A program made the position numbers and the translations under genes. A stretch of DNA of 54,578 nt, filler included, from Sluysia triapertura (lineage: Eukaryota), in the NCBI GenBank assembly GCA_046118255.1. It is 4 parts of 4 records of this genome, joined end to end, with 100 filler letters (N's around TTAATTAATTAA, not from the genome) between each part and the next. Parts side by side here need not be neighbours in the genome. Positions count along the whole stretch, not along the records: positions 37,999 to 54,578 come from JBJNIA010200820.1; 3 more parts are not named here. The stretch is one strand, 5' to 3'. Below are positions 37,899-51,943 of the stretch, piece by piece (positions within the stretch are counted from its first letter, which is position 1; each line of letters begins with the position of its first letter). The notes beneath the pieces were generated by a model. That model was given only the letters and a program-made list of their open reading frames with translations, ran no database searches and was not told the origin of the DNA.

Positions 37899-37998
37899 NN
37901 NNNNNNNNNNNNNNNNNNNNNNNNNNNNNNNNNNNNNNNNNNTTAATTAATTAANNNNNNNNNNNNNNNNNNNNNNNNNNNNNNNNNNNNNNNNNNNN
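37899..37998. other. Artificial contig linker
   Basis: N44-TTAATTAATTAA-N44. Confidence 0.97.
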
Positions 37999-39729
37999 CA
38001 TGTGAAAATAGACACAAATTAAAGAAAATTATATTCTCATTGAAAGTTTTGCCTAAATATAAAATATCGTTAATTTTAATTTTCAGAATCAGGAAAATAT
38101 TTTCCTTAAATAATTCTAAAATATTACTATTTAAATGCACAAAATTAATATAATTAAACTACAAAATAAAGTGTTACTAAAATTATTAGTTTAAGAAGTG
38201 TTGCTGTATCTAGGATAAACAAACTTCTGTGAAAGAAAATTGCATATTGACAATGTAAAATTAATATATAAAACAAATATATGGAAAATAAATCCTTTTG
38301 TGCAATTGGCTACAAGAATAAATAGTAAATTCTTATAATGAACTTTAGCTGAGATATACGTTTGATTATTGAAATCTCTGTTTCTTTAGCAATTTTTTCA
38401 TTTTTATTCACGATAACAAGAAAACATGTGATCGCTTTTAATATATTTTTCTATATAAATCAACTTCATTCGACGAAATAAAAGTGTTTATGCTTTAGAT
38501 TTCTATTTAATAATGAACAAAGGCAGAAGATTCAATATTTTGCTAAAAATAAATAAGAAATTTTATAATTGTAATTTATTTTGCTATTAAAATTGAAAGA
38601 TAGAAAAGTTTTAGTCGTAAAATAATTTTTGTAATGATATTGGATATCTAATACGAGCAATTATAAAATCGTCTAAATAAGAGACGCAATTTTAATTTTT
38701 ATTTATTATAATTGATAATTATTATTTAAATATATTTAAAATAATAAAAGAAATATTCGTGGTGTCATAAATTTGTTTAAAACATTGCAAAACAATTTTG
38801 TTAATATATAAAATAATTAAAATCAAAATATTTTAACATTCGAATGTTTTAGTTATTGATTAATTTATAAAATAATTTTAAGTAAATAAATAAAATATTA
38901 ATAAATATAATATTTTAAAATAATATATTAAATTTGTATATTTTATATAAATTTATATTTATATATAAATAAAATATTAATAAATAATATATTAATTTCT
39001 ACTGCACTAATATGTATAACAAATCTTATTTTACAATCCAATACTTCTGAAATAAAATATAATTGAATTTTTATTAATTATATTTTTGAAATATAAAATC
39101 TGTTACTGTGAATTCTTTATTAATTATAACATCTTAATGACATATTCATTTTGGTTTCCGATTTTTCTATTATTTCCAAGAGATATTCAGGATTTCCATC
39201 ATGTAATCATTTATAAATTATTTTGATAATGATTTTGAATTATATTCTTACTTTTATTGAAATCAAAGGTAACTCTTTAAGATAAGGTGTTATAGCAGAT
39301 CTTAATACTTGGAAAATTATAAACAAAAAAAAGTTCAAGAAACATTTACAATTTCTATCAAGATAATTCAAACAAATGATGTTAAAAGTAAGGAATTCAT
39401 TTCTTAAGTGGCAATAAAGATTACTTGGTAAATATACTAAAATTTCATAGTTACGTTGCACGTTAAGAATGATTATAAATGTTGATAATTAATAAAAAAT
39501 ATTTGTTATTAATTTATTAAATTAAAATATTTTAAAACATTAATTTCGTTGCTATATAATTAATTAAAAGAAATGTGCAATTTTCAGTATTTTAAATAGT
39601 TTCTATATTAAATCAAATTAATTATTTTGGCATAATAACAAAATATTGTGACACAAATTCAAAATAATTTAAATTTAAACAGGAAATATATTTAATGATT
39701 ATTGATGAATGATTTTATACGGTTTTCAG

Positions 39730-40790
39730 AAGTTCGACAGACATATAAAAAGATCATCACAGAATCGGAAATACAAGCTTTTGAAAATATAGCTAAACGG
39801 TATAATGAAACTCGAAATTTAGCCAAAGAAATTAATAATAATGAGAATAGTAATAATTATCGTGTTTATTTTAAAAGAAAATATCAAAAATATAATTTTT
39901 CATTTACAAAATCGAAACATCGAAAATGGAATGAAATTAATGAAAAACAAAAATATACATATAATAAATTTGTACGTTATGAGCCTGAATACTGGATTCC
40001 TATACAATGGTCTAGTAGATTGATTCATAAGTGTTTTCTTCACGGATATATCAGCGATCCCCGAACAATGAATAATTTAAATGAGGAAGTAGAAGAACTT
40101 CGCGAAGAAATGCAAACTCTTCAAATATACAGTAATATTTTAATTCCGCTAGTATACACACAAGTTGTAGTTATTGCAGTTTATTCATATTTTGTGGTAC
40201 ATTTGTTTGCAGCCCAATTTGTGGATCCTAAACAAGGAATAATAGGACATGAAGTTGACTTTTATGTACCTGTATTTACGATTTTTCAATTCTTGTTCAT
40301 GATGGGTTGGTTAAAAGTAGCAATGTGTGTAATGAATCCGTTTGGTGATGACGACGAAGACTTCCAAACATCAGAAATGTTGGATTATAATTTAGATATA
40401 TCATTTCGATGTGCTGAAGGCGATGCTACTATGTATCCTAAGGAACTGAAACCGGCAGCTATGAAGTATCGCAGTCAGGAAACTGTGGGAGAAGATAATC
40501 TTCTCGACTTTCTTGATGAAGAAAATCGAAAAATGGTTAATAGAGATCAGTGCAATAAAATCGATAAAGTTGATAATCGAATTAATAATAACGAGAAAAC
40601 TTTATGCTTTAGTGAATTTTCTAGTAATAATTTTAAAAATGAAATATGTGCAGCAGAAACAAGTACATATAATTGCTCAATACCTTTGTTGAATCAGCAA
40701 GACTTCAATGTTAATATTAATTTATCGACTGATGTTGAGAACAGTCATTGTAATCGATCTGTTTCAGAAGAAGAACACTGCAGGTACTAA
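39730..40790 (+). CDS. BEST: Bestrophin Ca2+-activated chloride channel, large terminal exon; N-terminal exons not seen on this contig
   Basis: EYWIPIQW, IPLVYTQVV, QFVDP, DFYVPVFTIFQFLFMMGWLKVA and NPFGDDDEDFQT (Ca2+ clasp) are bestrophin hallmarks. The likely acceptor is TTTTCAG ending at 39729 (start is uncertain). Stop TAA ends at 40790. Confidence 0.92.
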
Positions 40791-41089
40791 TTAGTATTTA
40801 TATCAATAAAATGATAAATTATTTTATTTTCACACTAAAAATATAAAAGTAACAGAAAATATCCAATAATAACTTAAGTAATATTTTTCGACGAATTAAA
40901 TATGTGATCCTAAGTAGCCAAACAATTCATTCAAATAATAACGATGATAATTCAAACAAACTACTTAATAAGGAGCCACAGAATTGATAGAAATCAATTA
41001 ATAATAATGCAATAATATTTTTGAATATAATTTCTATAATAATAAACGATTAGAAAATGATGATTAATCGAATAATTGAATTTATATTA

Positions 41090-41583
41090 GCGTGTTTCCT
41101 CGAAATTAAGACCTAGCATGATATTTCAGGATGATTTTAATTTAAGACCTACTCCTAAAATAAGCACCGGTGGATAGTCGATTAGGATACCAAATTAATT
41201 TCAATGAATGGCTTGAGACGTCTTTCAATTAGTTTTAGATTACAATATATTCTGAGATACTTTCACTGTCAAAACATTCTGGTTCACTGTGACTGACTAT
41301 AACAAGATTCTGATTGTGATTCACTTTCAGACAATCCTACAAGTAAGATTTTATTAGCAATAATCAAAGCATCTCTCCTTAGCTGCACAATATCCACGAG
41401 AATGACTTAAAATACTGAAATTTAGTTAAATGAAAATCCAGTGTCTTTAAAGACATTCCACACAGTTAGTGTTTTTAAACATAAAACGTGTATTAATTAG
41501 TAAATGTAGATTAGTTTTCATGTTTTTGTATAATTTCATAATTCTCTATTTATAAGGCCTGTCTTATTTTCAGGGAGACAAAG
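41090..41583. mobile_element. Non-autonomous Tc1/mariner-superfamily (Tc2/pogo-like) element, about 494 bp
   Basis: Imperfect TIRs of about 24 bp, GCGTGTTTCCTCGAAATTAAGACC and TGTCTTATTTTCAGGGAGACAAAG, with TA on both sides and an internal TAAGACC subterminal repeat. Confidence 0.72.
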
Positions 41584-41611
41584 TAATAGGGTAATAAAAT
41601 AATAAATTTAA

Positions 41612-41613
<2 letters not shown>

Positions 41614-41642
<29 letters not shown>
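41614..41642. repeat. (AAT)n microsatellite
   Basis: Perfect run. Confidence 0.9.
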
Positions 41643-41644
<2 letters not shown>

Positions 41645-42627
41645 GTAACCAATAATAATGTAACAATTAATTTACAAATTTTATGTTAATATTTTATGAA
41701 ATGTTAATCAAAATATTGTGATTATATACCTTATTATTGTGATTATGTGTTAATGTACCTTATCTACTTGAAATAACCAAGAGATCGTCATTTTATTGAA
41801 AAATCATTCTTCCAAAGAACAATAATAAATTATATATTGAAATCAAAATAATCTTTGATATGTTCATCATTTTTAACAAATTTATTTAAAATTTCATATT
41901 TAAATTTCTTATATAAATATGGATATGTATAATAAATATTATAAGAATATAAGTATCCGATTTTGAAATTTTTCAAAAATTAAGAAATTTAAGTGTCATT
42001 TTGAAAACACTTTGTACATATGAAGTTTGTTGACAGCAACTAAAAAATTGTATAGTTTTTTGTAAAATTTAAGGTTTTTAATCAAAAAAGAACTTTCAAG
42101 ACCTGATATAAAGCTCCGGTCAGAGAAAATAATGGGAGATATGGAAAATATTTTGACAACAAAAGGTCATAAAAGACCTCATTTAAGACCAAACACATGG
42201 CATACATTGTTTGCATTAAGTGACATCAATGACTCTTAGAATCAATATTTATAGTTAAGTTTCAATAAATTTTATAATTTTACGTATTTGGATTTGATTT
42301 ATTTTGATAAATTTTCAAAAATATATTACTTTTTAAAGAAAATAAGCATTTATTTCCTGACAAAAGAAGTGTAGAATTAATTTAATTTTGGTCCAGACCT
42401 GGCAGATAATTTGTCATGTAAGTCCTTCTTATTCAACAAAATAACATTATTAAAACTGAACTTCACGATTATCGAATTTTACTTGATTTATTTAGTCACA
42501 CAATAATCAAGAACGATTCTGTTGCTTTTAAGAAATTTAATATTATTCTAAAAATTTTTAGTTAATGCTTCTTCTTGTACCAGACTTTTGCGACACATTT
42601 CATTCATCTCTAATTGTTTCTTGTGAA

Positions 42628-42664
<37 letters not shown>
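42628..42664. repeat. (AAT)n microsatellite
   Basis: Perfect run. Confidence 0.93.
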
Positions 42665-43168
42665 TTGTAATAACAAAATAATTTTATAGTATTTTTATGC
42701 TTAAGCATCAAAAATACCAACGGATTCAAAAGATGTGCCGTTTTCCGGTAAAAATAATAATTTTCTACATTATAAATTAAATTTAGACAAAGCTGCATGA
42801 CTTGATAAAAGTGTAATACATATTACGAAATAACACATTTTAGAGAATTAATTCAATTATTGTAATTTCTAATTTTTTGGTTCATATACTACTTTCAAAA
42901 GAAATATAGGATCTTATTTTTCAATACTATTATTATTGTTGTCGATATTAATATTATTTAATTATTATTATCATAATTATACAATTATTATTATATAGGT
43001 ATTGTAATTACTATAATTGTTTTATCGTCGTTCTATTTGATCGATTTGATCACTTAATAATGATTATATAATTTACTTTTAATAGTAAGTATATAATATT
43101 AATGTTTTGAATTCTTGTTATCTATACAAAAATATAAATCGACAAATATTATTTATTATATATTTCAG

Positions 43169-43416
43169 ATTAACTCAAACTAAAAATATAACGCCAATTT
43201 CGTTGTTAGAAAGATTTCAAAGAAATATTGTTTCTTTTAAGTCTACTTGCCTTTCATCGTTTGATTCCTCAAATAAACGAAATTATCGAGAAAGAAGTGG
43301 TAGCTCCAGTGTATATTTCAAAAATAATAATAGTGACAATAATATTAATAATTATCAACATCATCGTCATCATCACCATCATCATCGAAGACATAGAAAT
43401 TTTATGGACAAAAGTT
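43169..43416 (+). CDS. Putative isolated internal exon encoding a Ser/Asn/His-rich segment; gene unknown
   Basis: TTTCAG acceptor, open frame LTQTKNITPISLLERFQRNIVSFKSTCLSSFDSS...HHRHHHHHHRRHRNFMDKS, consensus GTAAGT donor at 43417. Confidence 0.45.
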
Positions 43417-46099
43417 GTAAGTTTAGTTATTTATTCAATAATAATAATAATTATACTTATTCTTTATGTCGTACAAACACATTAAAAATAATAGTGATTA
43501 ATATTCGTAATATTTATTATCATTATATTTGTCATTCAATGTAAAAATTTTCAAATTAATAATTTTTTAAAATATTATTTCTAAAATACTTTTTTAAATT
43601 TTCATATCATATGATAATAATTACCTCGCTTATTAATTTCTTGTGAAAAAATTATTTAAATATGTTCATACACAAAAATTTACATATTTTGAATGTACGT
43701 CTACTGATATCTGCTAAGAAATTTCAGAACTATTGTGCACTATAGGAAATGCTTTAGAACAAGGAAAACATTAAAATAAGTTTTAATAAGTAATAAAGTT
43801 GGTGAAAGAAGATCTCATCTTACTTCTTCGACTAAACTTCTTTTATTAGAAGAAAATATTTCCAATTCTGATTCGTCTAAAAAATTTCTATTTAAAAAAA
43901 CCACAACAGTCAATTATTTAGAGATGAAATCTGAAAATATTAGAGTTAGACATACAAATTTAATTCATAATCCGAATGTAATACAAAATCGAGAGCTTTT
44001 GTTAAATTAAATGTGAAAACTAAAATAGTTTAAAACAGCTACCGATAAAATGAATAATTTGCTATTGAATTACATTGAAAATACGATTCATATATGATAT
44101 GTTTAGACTATTTAAATTAAAAAATAAAAAAGGATAAACAATCAAATATTGGTTTTAAAATATTTTTCAATATCAAAATATTGAATTATATTAAATTATA
44201 TTCAACAGAAAATGAAACAAAAACAACGATGATGAAAAGGTTTGATAAAATATTTAAAAAATTAATTTGAAAAAATTCACTGAAAATAATAAATCAACAT
44301 AAAATTAAGTTTAAAAGGCTTTGTTTTACGACTTAACATTGCAGAAGATAAAAAAATAAAAGAGAATCTCAGGAGAAAACCTTGGTCCAGATGGTGTATT
44401 TGCTATGGTGACATTTGGAAAGTGAAGTTTCTTTAAAATTATTGTTGCACTTTCACAGAAGATAGCAATATGACTTAAAAGTGCAAATAATATAAAATAA
44501 TTAACAAATAACTTAAATCAGACATAACATCAAAAAATGATGATTATACTTGAAACTGTTGACTAATATTGTTTCAGTAATATAATTAATTAATTTTATT
44601 ATTTTATAGATTAAATAATTATTAAAGTAATTATTAAGAAATAATTTATTAATAAAGTATTCTAAAATTTATTTTCCATGATATATAATCAAAATTAAAT
44701 TATTATTATTTTAAAACAAATATACGCTACAAACTATTAACAAGCCGCTAAATAATAATAATATTTATTTATTTATTTATGTTTTCATGCTTGAATAACA
44801 TCTGTGATTTAATATTTATTTTATTTTTTAAGTAATATAAACTGATTATAGAATACAGAAATAAAATTTCATAAAGCTTCTGCTATTATTATTTTTAACT
44901 ACATCTTTTTGTAATTCGTTTTGTGCAATAATTGATATTTGTTTTAAGCATAATTTTAAAGACATTTTTGATAATTTACACTACGATCGTTGTTCAGAAT
45001 GTAATAAATTAAAAATATTTGATATATTAAAATATTTTGCAAATTTAAATTTAAATCTTTAATACATTACATAAAAAATCAAAAAAACCAAAATAAACAT
45101 TTCAAAAATACAAATAGAAAACTAATAGAAAAAATAAAAAATGAAATGGAATTTAGCATACTTAATTAGCAAAGAAAAAGGAGATGTAGAAATTGCAAGT
45201 CTAAATTTTTTCAATTAATTGTATTGAGTTTTTGAAATCAATCCATTAATACATTTATTTTGATATAAAAATATGATCCATTGATCAATTGATCTATTGT
45301 TTCTCATATAACTTCGTTGTTTTTAGATAATAAATAAATTTGTTTGGTGTATTGTTTCAATATCCATATATAATATTTCAGCTATTTACGAAAATAAACA
45401 ATACCTTCGACTTTGAATAATCGACAATAGAGTAAATAGAAATGCCTAACAAAACCACAAAAAATATAAATTAAAATTAATTTAACATTTCCTAGAAAAA
45501 TAACTTATTATATTAATCTTTTGCTTTTCTTTCCAATTTTTATTAAAATTGGTAATACTTGGAAAATATTGTTTTTAGTTAGGCAAAAATACATTTATTT
45601 AAATAAAAATAAAAAAGAAATTTAATAATTATTATTTATACATTTATTAATTTTATAAATATAAGTTTTTAACATTTATATAATTTATAAAATTTTATAA
45701 TTTTAAAATAAATTTATTAAATTGAGGTAATATTGATAAATACGATTTTATTTATATATGATTATATATGTAGTTAGTGATTTCGTAAGTTAACGGAATG
45801 GTAAAAGTTAGAGATGATTTGATAATAATAAGAAAAACTAAAAAAGAAAATAATAAGCTATTTTTAAATATTATTTTGTTAATTTTTAGTTTAAAACAAA
45901 TATAATTTTAATAATTAAATATTTTTATATTTTACTCTGAAAATATTTAACATTAAAATATGCAAATTATTATAAATAAAATTTTAAAATAAATTCATAG
46001 AAAATAGTGCCGTTTGAAACCTTATTATATGAGACTAACAATCAATACAAAATGAAAGAATGGCTTGGGAAAAATTCTAAAAACAAAATTTCTTTTTAA

Positions 46100-46900
46100 A
46101 AATATAAACAGAAAAGCTGTTTTAGTCTACTTCTTGGCCTTTTCATGTTCGTAATAAATCTCGTTTACTGAGATACGCAAATGTAGAGCTCTCTTGAATT
46201 TTCAGACGTCCTCATTAATCATCTCCAAAAAACATTTCCTTCTGACCGATTTAACAAATACTAATATTTTTCGAATCCTATTTTCTTGGAATTCGAGAAA
46301 AGTTTGAGCTGATATTGGCGACGTCTTCCAACAAGTATTTAGAGTTTAGTTTTTCTATTCTTTTACTACAAGGGATATGATTTTTAACCGAAGTAATCTA
46401 AAATCCATTGAGATGATAGTCTTACGCATGCATTTTAAAGGTATAAATAAGACTTTGACCTAAAGATTAGATCGACGAAATAATAAATAATGATTCGAAG
46501 CATTATTTAGTTGTAATAGCACCTTGAAGCTTATTTTCATCTTCTCACAAAACAATTAAAAACTAGTCTTCAAATAAATCTCTTGTCACCCAAAAGTTTT
46601 TATTCGGGCCTCTGAAATATTTATAAACTGACAAAGATTTTGTCATTAATTTCCCCAATGCATTGCTGCGCAAAAGGAATGATACGAAACCTTTAGATGC
46701 CTTTTTTCTTTTGATACAAAGATTGTCTTTCAGACTATTTCCACCAAAGTCTAAAAATTTGATGTGATTTATATCTTTTATCTTTTCAATTATCTTTTGA
46801 ATGTTTTATCGATTCAGATTCTCCTTGAATTCTTGTTTACTCGAATCAAACTTTCACATTCTTACACTTTATTAGCACTCAGATTTCTAAATGTTCGTGA
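46100..46900 (-). mobile_element. Degenerate Tigger/pogo (DDE_1) transposase
   Basis: Colinear fragments GESES...IQKIIEK, LWWK, KASKGFVSFLLRSNALGKLMTKSLSVYK, NKNFWVTRDLFED*F and FKVLLQLNNASNH match recalled pogo motifs KASKDRLTLLLCGNASG, KAWVT..LFEDWF and KVLLLLDNAPGH. Confidence 0.78.
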
Positions 46901-48760
46901 CTTAACTCTAATTTAATTAGAATTTTTAAATTTTGAATGACTTAATTATATTACCAACTTGAAATTAAACTAAAATCTATATAATGTCAAGTATTATAAT
47001 AAATATTAAATATTATTATATTATTATTATTATTGATTATTATTAATACAATTAGTAAAAATATAATATTAAATTTTGCCATCTATGAATAATAAATCCA
47101 TTTTTGTTCCATTTTCATATTTGATAATTTGAATTTTATAGATATTTATAGATATCATATTTAAAGATACGATCATGAATAATTGTGCTCCAAAAATATT
47201 TTTATAAAAGAAATTTAGAAGATTAAATTAGTTATTGCAGGATCAAATTGGCAGATCTTTTGAGTCAACCAAAATATTTATGAAAAAATCAAACTATAAA
47301 AAGAAATGAGAATAACTTTTAACAACTGACATTCGATAATTTAATCATTTTGTAAAAACTCAGCTGATCATGGAGCTTATTTTTAAAAAATAAATTAATA
47401 AAATTGATATTAAAAATTCAAATTTATAAAAATTATTTGATTTATTACCTTTATTTTTCATATATACTTAATTAATATTTAATGAAGTTACATAAAATAT
47501 TGCGTACATTAACGAATAATTCATTTGTATCATAAATAATCTTTTCCATACAATACTTTTAACAATTCGTATTCGCTATTTGAATTAGGACAATTATTAT
47601 ATTTTAACAATAAATATTTAATTACGATAATTAGTTTAAAAAATTCAATATTTAATTTTATAAATAATATTATAATATATATATTTTTTTAGATTCTGAC
47701 TGCACAATTCATGGCAATAAACGTATTGTCGTTAGTCTAGTTTATTAGTGTTATCAGATTTTATTATTCATTATTTAATGAATAAATACTTTTTTAAATT
47801 TATTATTATTATTACTATTATTATTATTTTTATATTTTGTAATATGATATGAAATAAAGATATGATATTTGTAGTTTGTCACTATTGTTTCATATTTTAT
47901 AAATCAATATTAAAATAAACACTGTAAAATCGTTCTAATTCACCAAAGATTTAATAATTATATAATTTATATAATCCTCAAACATTATAATTACTAAAGT
48001 TTTATTCTTCATACTATAAAAATGTTAAACTTAACTTTTAGTGGTTTTCTCGATTTAACTTTTCCTCATTTTTAGCCACAAATTTTTAAATTGTAATAGA
48101 GGAATTTTAAAAAATATTTAGCCATTTTATATTAAATTATAGTAAAATAATATTGTTCAATATGAAAGAAGTGACTGTACAAAATCGAAAAAGTACGCAC
48201 TCTTACACGTTATTTATACATACAATCTTTATGACGATCCAAAACAACTATTTTGAAACGAATTGTGTGTTATACGCAGTAAACATTTATTAAGATATGG
48301 TAACTTTTTAATTCTTTTACTTTAATGATGTAATATTGATTTCTGTTTAGCAAATAATAAGGACAAGTGAGTATTGGACATAATTTTGCTATCATTTTTT
48401 GCCCTTTTTAATGCTTTAAAAAAAAGAAAAATAATGGTGCTTATTAAATATTATCATGCAATGCTATGAATATTTAATTTTTAATTTCTAACGAAATTGA
48501 GTTTAAAAAATAATTAAAATTTAAATTATATTTCCAATTTCGGTAATCTCTTCTAAATAAATAGTTTATTTAACTGAAATACTTCATTTACCTTAAAACC
48601 AATTTTACATAATCTTATTTCAGTGAAATTTTTAAGAACTTCTTTATCAATATCAGGATTATTTCAAACACAGTTATTACAAATTAACTTTGTTTGATAT
48701 AATTTGGTTTTAAAATTTATTGATTATTTTTTGAATTAATTATTTACTAATTCATTCAAT

Positions 48761-48761
<1 letters not shown>

Positions 48762-48813
<52 letters not shown>
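48762..48813. repeat. (AAT)n microsatellite
   Basis: Perfect run. Confidence 0.95.
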
Positions 48814-49129
48814 GACTAATGATATTTTAATAATGATAATGATAAAATATTAAAAATGATTTTTACTATTATTATTATTATCTAATATTAATAACTTAGG
48901 AATAAAAACTGAGAATTAATTAGAAGAAGTAATGTCAATCATTATATATTGGGATTTTTGTTGAAGATTTATGCGTAATGATATTAGATGTTTAATAAGG
49001 AAATAATAAATTCAGTTGAACAGTAATTACATTTCAATGTACAAACTAAAGTATAATCTTATCAGTGATGAAATTCTTGGCATCAAATTTGTATGTAAAA
49101 TTATTTCGTGCAAAATTTTTATATCATTA

Positions 49130-49760
49130 TCCTTGTCAAAAAATAAAAATGATTAATACTTGAAGAATTAAACAATAGAGTGATATTGTCTAATAATATA
49201 AATGTTTGGAAAGATAAATGGTAAAACAACTTTTGTTAACAATTTGCGATCCACTGGGCATTAAGAAACATTCTTTAAATTGTGTTTCTTTTTCATTTAC
49301 TTAAATTGACTTATTTCGTTCTAAAAATTATTCTGAACCTTGTTACCAGTACTCTAAAACCAATATAAGAAAAACCAAAGTGTTTATTTTCTGAATATGT
49401 TGCATAATCATGATATAATTGATGAAACAAAGAATATACAATGTTAAAACTGTAAAAGAATTCTTTTATTTAAATCTATTCGACAAAATATCGTGTTCTG
49501 CTTGAGACGAAGAAGATGAAGAAGTAATAGCTACTGACTAAGAAATAAGAAGAATGTCAAATGAAAATAATGAAGAACAACCATATAACACGGAACTTGG
49601 GATAAGTCAAACACTAATTCAGTAAAGCAGCAGAACAAGGATTAGAGAAATTGAAATATTGTGTTGAAGTTGTACTATAAACAACGAATAACTTATAAGC
49701 ATATAAAATCGAGTGAGTGCAGCTCGAAAAATAATTGAATAATGGAGAAGTTTATGTTTA
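49130..49760 (+). mobile_element. Possible decayed Tigger/CENP-B-like element (HTH start and acidic C-terminus)
   Basis: Acidic, stop-riddled frame DEEDEEVIATD*EIRRMSNENNEEQ...KAAEQGLEKLKY resembles Tigger C-termini; weak. Confidence 0.3.
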
Positions 49761-51284
49761 TATTTACATTCTATTTCTGATTGAAATAAATATGAGCATC
49801 TGTTATCATAAAATTGACATGTTTATATGACTCTATGTTGCACTAATATTTTATTGTTGAATTTTAACACCAATGTTTTTACACTAAACTGACCTTAAAA
49901 TATTTACATTTATTAATTACTATTCATTTATTAATCAGTAAACATTATTTTGGTTTAATAGAGATAAACAAATAAAGTTAAATAATAAAATGTTTTATTG
50001 ACATAACAAACAAATATTGTAGAAATAAAATAAAATTTTCATATTAAAATATTAATTTTTTTGTCTTTGAACAAATACATAAAATAGAAATCAGAAAACC
50101 AAAGTAAAACGAAACAAATTTGTTTTTAATTGTTTTCTATTAAATTAATTATAAATTAAAACAAAACTTGATAATAAACTTAAAGTTTAATTAAATTATA
50201 AAACTTGATTTTAGAAAAGTTTTATACTTAAATATTTATAATTACATTGATTTAAGAATATCAATAGTTGAATTATTAAAAGATTCCATATAAAATTTAG
50301 TAAAATAGTAAAATAATCGATAAAGATATAATTGCCAATATTCTTATTATTGTCTTTAGATATATTTAGATTTTTTATCGAGTTATATTTTGAAATATTA
50401 TCATGGAGAAATTACTAAAATTATACATTTAGACTTTATTTATAATAATTCTATATGGCTTATATAATTGTAAAATAAATAATTTAAATAATTTTTAGAT
50501 TGTTGACTAAAAATGTTGCATTAAAAAGAAATTTACGATTTTTATTTATAGAGAAACATTAATTACAGATTAAAATTGGAAGACTAATTTAAAGAATAAT
50601 TTTAGAGTCTGTGATTTCTATAGATATTATTTAATATTGAATTAATTGTTTATCTGAAAAGGATATTTTAATGGAACTTCTAATATTTTGATTTAATAAA
50701 ACTGTGTCGTTGTGCATATTGCATAATATAAATACTATAAATAATGAAGAATTTCCATTTTATTACAAGTATATAAACTTCTGCTCATGGTTTTTTTGAT
50801 CATACAGTACCATTTAGAAAATGAAATAAATATGTCCTGTTTTTCGAACCCCTTCTGTGGACTATCCCGATACATTCACGTGCTGTTGCTGCTCAACTAC
50901 AATGACTTCCCATGTTGATCAAAAATAATTATCATGACACACACATGTATTCGTTTTTTTATAACTAATTATTTTATAAAAAATTGTTTCCATTATTCAA
51001 TTATAAGTTTAATAAATTAAAATATGTAAAAAAGATTAGACATTTTTTGTAAGTTTTATTTTATTAGTCGCGCATTTACATTATACAAAATACAGTTAAA
51101 GTAATTATTAATATAATAATTATTATAATTAATTATTAATATAATTATTAATATAATTATATAATTATTAATTATAATATAATAATTAATATAATAATTA
51201 TATAATAATTATTATATATATCTAAAATAATACTATATTTATTGCACTTTGATAATTTCGAAACATTAACTTGTTTCTTACAAA

Positions 51285-51285
<1 letters not shown>

Positions 51286-51333
<48 letters not shown>
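51286..51333. repeat. (AAT)n microsatellite
   Basis: Perfect run. Confidence 0.95.
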
Positions 51334-51335
<2 letters not shown>

Positions 51336-51891
51336 TATCAATTAAAAAATGATGGTCATTAAAGATTTATTTTCTACAATTTAATAAAACTTAAATAAAA
51401 TATAAAGTACTTCCAACAAAGTTTTAATTAATAATTATTTAAATATTTATTTAAAAAATACTTAAATATTTAAATATTTATATTTCATGTATTATCCAAT
51501 TTTTACAAGAAAATAAGCGTTTTGAATATTTTATTTTGCCTTATCAATTTAGACTCAATAATAATCTTGCTAATAGACAATAAATAAATTTATTTGTGTC
51601 CTTCGATCTCCAAATCAACTATTTGACAAAATGGCATTTTGAATTCATCACTTCTACACTTTAACTTCAAACCTTTAGCTTACGAATATCGTTAAATATT
51701 ATTTCATTAAACAAAAAATTATTTAAATATAAATATAAAATTTATTTACATATAAACATAAAAATTACAATTTTAAAAAATTCAACAATACTAATAAATT
51801 CAATTTGCATAAATTCACATGGCTAAATACAACAAATAAGAAACATATATGAAACATATTTTTTTGTTAAATTTAGTTTTTATTTTAATTT

Positions 51892-51903
51892 TTATTATTA
51901 TTA

Positions 51904-51942
<39 letters not shown>
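51892..51942. repeat. (ATT)n microsatellite
   Basis: Near-perfect run. Confidence 0.92.
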
Positions 51943-51943
<1 letters not shown>

